From NCBI RefSeq assembly GCF_018977255.1, contig NW_024704750.1:3968001-4032000 (forward strand): a DNA stretch of 64,000 nt, given 5' to 3'. Positions within the stretch are counted from its first letter, which is position 1. The number at the start of each line of letters is the position of its first letter. The notes under the pieces were generated by a model, which was not told the DNA's origin, did no database searches, and worked only from the letters and a program-made list of their open reading frames with translations. This DNA comes from Callorhinchus milii (Eukaryota). The position numbers were made by a program, and so were the translations under genes. Positions 60,301-64,000 of this stretch are shown here, in pieces.

Positions 60301-62824
60301 CACAGAACACACTGTAAAGTGAATTGACTGTATATTTGTGGGCAAACGCGGCAGCCAATTGCGCACAGCAATGTCCCACAAACAGTCGTAGATTGAAAAT
60401 GACCAATTTATTATTGTTTTTGGTTTTGGAGGGATTATTTCCGACGTGAAGGGTGCCAGACAAGTGTAATTTGTTGTTCATTTTATGTTATAATTGTTAT
60501 GATTGTTACTGCAGCTGTTGGGTAAAAAAGGGTGACTAAAACTTGTTGAACAGTGAAAATTAACCTGCAGTGTTCCAGTACAAATGCATGATAAAAAGCC
60601 ATTTAAAAAAATGACGTCTTTATAAAATATGTACACTTTGCTCTGTGTGACCTTTAACTCAGGTGGAGACATAGATATCCATTACCGAGAATGGTATAAA
60701 CCCTTAGTTTGGTTCTGGATTCTAGTGGGTCTTGCCTACTTTGCAGCAGTCCTCAGCATGATCGGAGACTGGCTCCGTGTGATATCCAAGAAAACCAAGG
60801 AAGAGGTAGGACGCCACTCTTAATGTTGGAAAAAACATTGTAAGATTGACATACTAAATTGGTAATGCAAACAAAACTAAAGTAAAACTGAGCTTGCTGC
60901 AGTGTTTTAAATAACTGTGGTTGATTCAATAACGTTGTAAAGTTAACTTACCAAAGGAGAGTACGTCCCTCATAAGACCCCTGTCATCCCTTGTTGCACA
61001 TTAATAATAATAATAATAATCCTTGCATTTGACATAGCACCTTATCACTTCTTTGAGACGTCTCAAAACATTTCACAGAACGTACTGTAAAGTGGATTTA
61101 CTGTTATTTGTGGGGGAAATGCTATTGGATTTGAGGATGCTGAATAAATATATAAATAATAATATAACAACACCTCTTTCACTTGTGGGACCTGGGTTCA
61201 AATCAGCCTAGACAAAAGAAATTAAACTCTCTTCCTTCCAATTGGAGTTACGAGATGATCATTATCCGTTCACACAGTCTCAATTTAAATCCTCGGAGAC
61301 GTAAGCCCAGAGGAAACTGTTTTCCTACAGTAGTTAGTACAGATGGCACTCATTAACATTGTTTTTTTTCTTTGGTGACAGAGATCACATTATTAATACT
61401 TTGCTTTGATCAGAAATTAATTACTTTTCCTATAGTATTTGTCACAATATTATTCCTATAAGTTTTAATTATCATTTTAAATACCAAGGAGGTAAAAAAA
61501 CACAGATTGTGATATTATCACCGGTGATATTACCACATGCTGCAGTTTTCCATCAATGCATGCAAAGAGCAAGGGAAAGCTCCATTACACAGAGTAATGA
61601 AGTAAATTGATTCAAATATGTGCTAAGTTTCTACAAATAAATCAGTTAAGATGTTTTTGGCTCTTTGCTTCACTGGTGTTTTCTTGCATGTTGGTTGGGA
61701 ATTTGTCAATAAGGAAATTCTTCAGGATGATTCCTCACTTGTCAGGAGATTTACAATGAGTGAGAACATCGTGTTATCTGCTGCTCTGACTCTGCCAGGA
61801 TTAGGATTATAATAGGATTTACCAACAACAAGAGAATTAACTCTCCCCCTCCTCCGCTCCCCCACTTCTTAAAACTAAGTATCTCCAGCAAATGCTAGAA
61901 CTTTTGAACTCTGCTTCAAGTATCACTGCTTTAAATGTAATAACTGTGGTTGGTTCAATAATGTTGTGAAGTTAGCATACCGAAAGGGAGCCCTTGTTGC
62001 ATGTCCAAAATAGAGCATTTGCAGATGCTTAGTTTTATATTTAAGACATGTGAGGAGGGGAGTGGTGGTGGGGAGATAGAGCATTGGAGTTGATCAGCCA
62101 GGAACAGACTCAAGGCACTGAATGGCCTACACCTGTTCCTACGTATTTGCTAGATATTTAGTTTTATATCTGCTTTACGTCTGCGTTAAAAAATAAACCT
62201 CACTTGCTGTGTGCTTGGCAGGTCGGGGAGATCAAGGCTCACGCTGTTGAATGGAAAGCAAACGTACAGGCAGAGTTCAGGGAGACACGGAGGCGGCTGA
62301 GTGTGGAGATTCACGATAAGCTCCAGAGAGCAGCGACCATCCGGAACATGGAGCGGAGAAGGCTTGGCTTGGACCAGCGAGCGCACTCCCTGGACATGCT
62401 CTCCCCTGAGAAACGCTTGGCGTTTGCCGGGCTGGAGACGGGCCAGTTCAAAACCTCGTCTCAAGAGAGCATCGATGGCAAACCGAACAATCTGCAGCAT
62501 AAGGAGCAGCAGTACAACGAACACATGCAAGGATCGTCAGAAGACAACATCTACAATAAATTTGGATTGTCAGTGAGAGTGGCCAAGAGGTTCAAAAACA
62601 AGGAACTGAAGAAAGAGATACCAGAGGATGTCAGGAAAATTTATGAAACGTTTGCCAATGGTACTTACACTCTGGACGAGGAGAACAAGGAACAGGAGAC
62701 GGAGAAAGAGTGTAACATGGGTGTCCCAGCAATAACAAATTATATTCAGCACCCGGAAGATGACAGAATGTCCAATGCAACCAAAAATCCAGAGGATAGA
62801 AAATTAATCGAGAAAAAGATATGA
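47538..62824 (+). CDS. KCNK10: Two-pore domain potassium channel TREK-2 (K2P10.1), isoform with TREK-2c-type first exon, 7 exons
   Basis: Exons 47538-47589 ([17 protein letters not shown]), 50196-50524 ([18 protein letters not shown]), 51693-51810 ([20 protein letters not shown]), 55209-55369 ([27 protein letters not shown]), 57685-57871 ([18 protein letters not shown]), 60663-60805 ([30 protein letters not shown]), 62222-62824 ([32 protein letters not shown]). Two pore motifs, TIGYG and TVGFG. Confidence 0.97.
48090..48418. repeat. ~80-90 bp tandem repeat x4 containing (CT)n
   Basis: TTTTCCCAATTGTGAATCAATTCC recurs four times, separated by variable CT tracts. Confidence 0.9.
50663..50850 (-). 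mobile_element. CR1-type LINE 3' end
   Basis: acataggaacaggaggaggccacccagcctctcgagcctgttccgccatt...gatcatggctgatct resembles the chondrichthyan CR1 3' terminus. Confidence 0.65.
52061..52255 (-). mobile_element. SINE 3' half, same family
   Basis: (AAT)n ccttgcatacgatatagcgcc...gccaattgcgcac. Confidence 0.82.
53565..53760 (+). mobile_element. L2-type LINE 3' fragment
   Basis: cctttaaggcatggctcaagaccctcctttttgacc...gtgaaaggcgctttacaaatgcaattttgttgttg. Confidence 0.6.
54105..54292 (+). mobile_element. SINE 3' half, young copy
   Basis: Near-perfect reverse complement of 60245-60410. Confidence 0.88.
54640..54818 (+). mobile_element. L2-type LINE 3' fragment
   Basis: Encodes [10 protein letters not shown]; tail gtgaggggtgctatataaatgcaaattgttgttg. 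Confidence 0.6.
56695..56980 (-). mobile_element. SINE, long subfamily
   Basis: Tail, body, internal segment and gtaaggaaacttgc are present. Confidence 0.85.
60232..60440 (-). mobile_element. SINE 3' half, young copy
   Basis: Near-identical to 41575-41770. Confidence 0.88.
61003..61120 (-). mobile_element. SINE 3' fragment
   Basis: (AAT)n ccttgcatttgacatagcacc...actgtaaagtgg. Confidence 0.75.
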
Positions 62825-64000
62825 GATAGGAAATATCTTTCATATCAGATCCGAAAGAAACACTTGGTTAAACAATGCAGAAGATTGTTTTGCAGAGGGT
62901 TTTGTTTTTAAATTGCTGGACATGTGCCTTATTATAATTAACAGAAAAAAATCAATGGGAGATCATACATTTCACATGTGCATGATCTACACAAACCTTT
63001 TCAGTGGATTTATTGTGCCCCCAATGATATAAGTTGATGTACCAAATATCTTACACGTCAGCTTGCGATTAATCAGTTTTTTGATCTGTGGGAATGTGTT
63101 TGAAGTCTAACATAATGTAAATGTGGACCAAAATGAACAAAAAAACCCAGTGCCAGTACCAATGCAGTATACCTTGCTTAAGGAAGAAGAGGGTAGTTCA
63201 ATGATATGATAATCAGAAGCGCCAAGCAAGCTCCGTGGATGATCATTGCTGCGATGATTCCGACTTCAATGAATTCATTGTGACGGATGGATGTCAAACA
63301 TTTCTAAACAAACATTTGTTGTAGGGGATCTTGCTCTTTTTAAAAAAAAGAGCAGTTTTTGAGCATTTACTCAACACCTTCTGCGTGAACTCTTTCAAAA
63401 ATCACAAGGTCGTATTTCTGATACATCGAGTAAGAATTCTGCGGCAGATTAATGCCTTTCCAGAATTGTTGGAGACTCACTTAACAGAGACTGAGGTGTG
63501 CATGCCCATAACTTTCTAAGTTTACTACTAAGATTTCTAGGACTGGTCTTGATGATTATTGATTGCACAGGGATCTGAGGGCTCCCTCGGTTCCTGCTTT
63601 TACAACATTTCCTACATTAGGTTTTAAAAAAAAATTGGGTGTTTGGGGACTAATATAACGCAAGAAGTAAGTAATACATCAAAAAAAAAGAAAGCATGTT
63701 CGTGTCTTTATCTATGATCATTCTCTTCTTGTCTGTGATCTGCGATTCATTTACAGTTAATTCGTAAATGCTTATTGAAAAATGGCATCAATAGAATTAA
63801 GACAGAGCCTGGTAAACGAATATTTTTGATCCATGATTTGCCATTTTTGTTATTCCCACATCATTCAAGGCTGGTGTTTGAGCCCTCTCTGCCCTCTCTT
63901 TATGTTGGGTTTCTGGTTGTCCTTCAACTGAAGAGGGTGGACAGACAAATCAGGCACTTAACACAGCTCCCTACAGGGGATCAAGATGGACTAAAAGCAG

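Noticed and set aside
47538-62824. Assignment as KCNK2 (TREK-1)
   Set aside because: The MKFP first exon, [14 protein letters not shown]-terminus and SPATA7 linkage indicate KCNK10.

Overview
Eukaryotic (vertebrate) genomic DNA with short introns, four N-gaps and a dense load of one tRNA-headed SINE family plus L2/CR1 LINE 3' ends. The repeat repertoire suggests a cartilaginous fish, possibly a chimaera; this is inference. The window carries the block syntenic to human 14q31: ZC3H14 (partial), PTPN21, SPATA7 and KCNK10 (TREK-2). I traced GT-AG exon boundaries and reading-frame phases by hand for all four genes. The main anomaly is ZC3H14. Its exon 1 and exons 8-10 are on the minus strand, while exons 2-7 lie in a ~4.9 kb block on the plus strand, with splice phases matching across the strand switch. 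The block is bounded by inverted copies of a CCGGGCCTCCCC/GGGGAGGCCCGG repeat and by an N-gap. A mis-oriented contig is the most likely explanation; a real inversion cannot be excluded without reads. Other points: PTPN21 is flipped relative to the human arrangement, SPATA7 has Cys/His tandem repeats and a palindromic minisatellite where exon 2 is expected, ZC3H14 has YR repeats, and there is an RFX X-box upstream of SPATA7. No prokaryotic systems or CRISPR arrays are supported.
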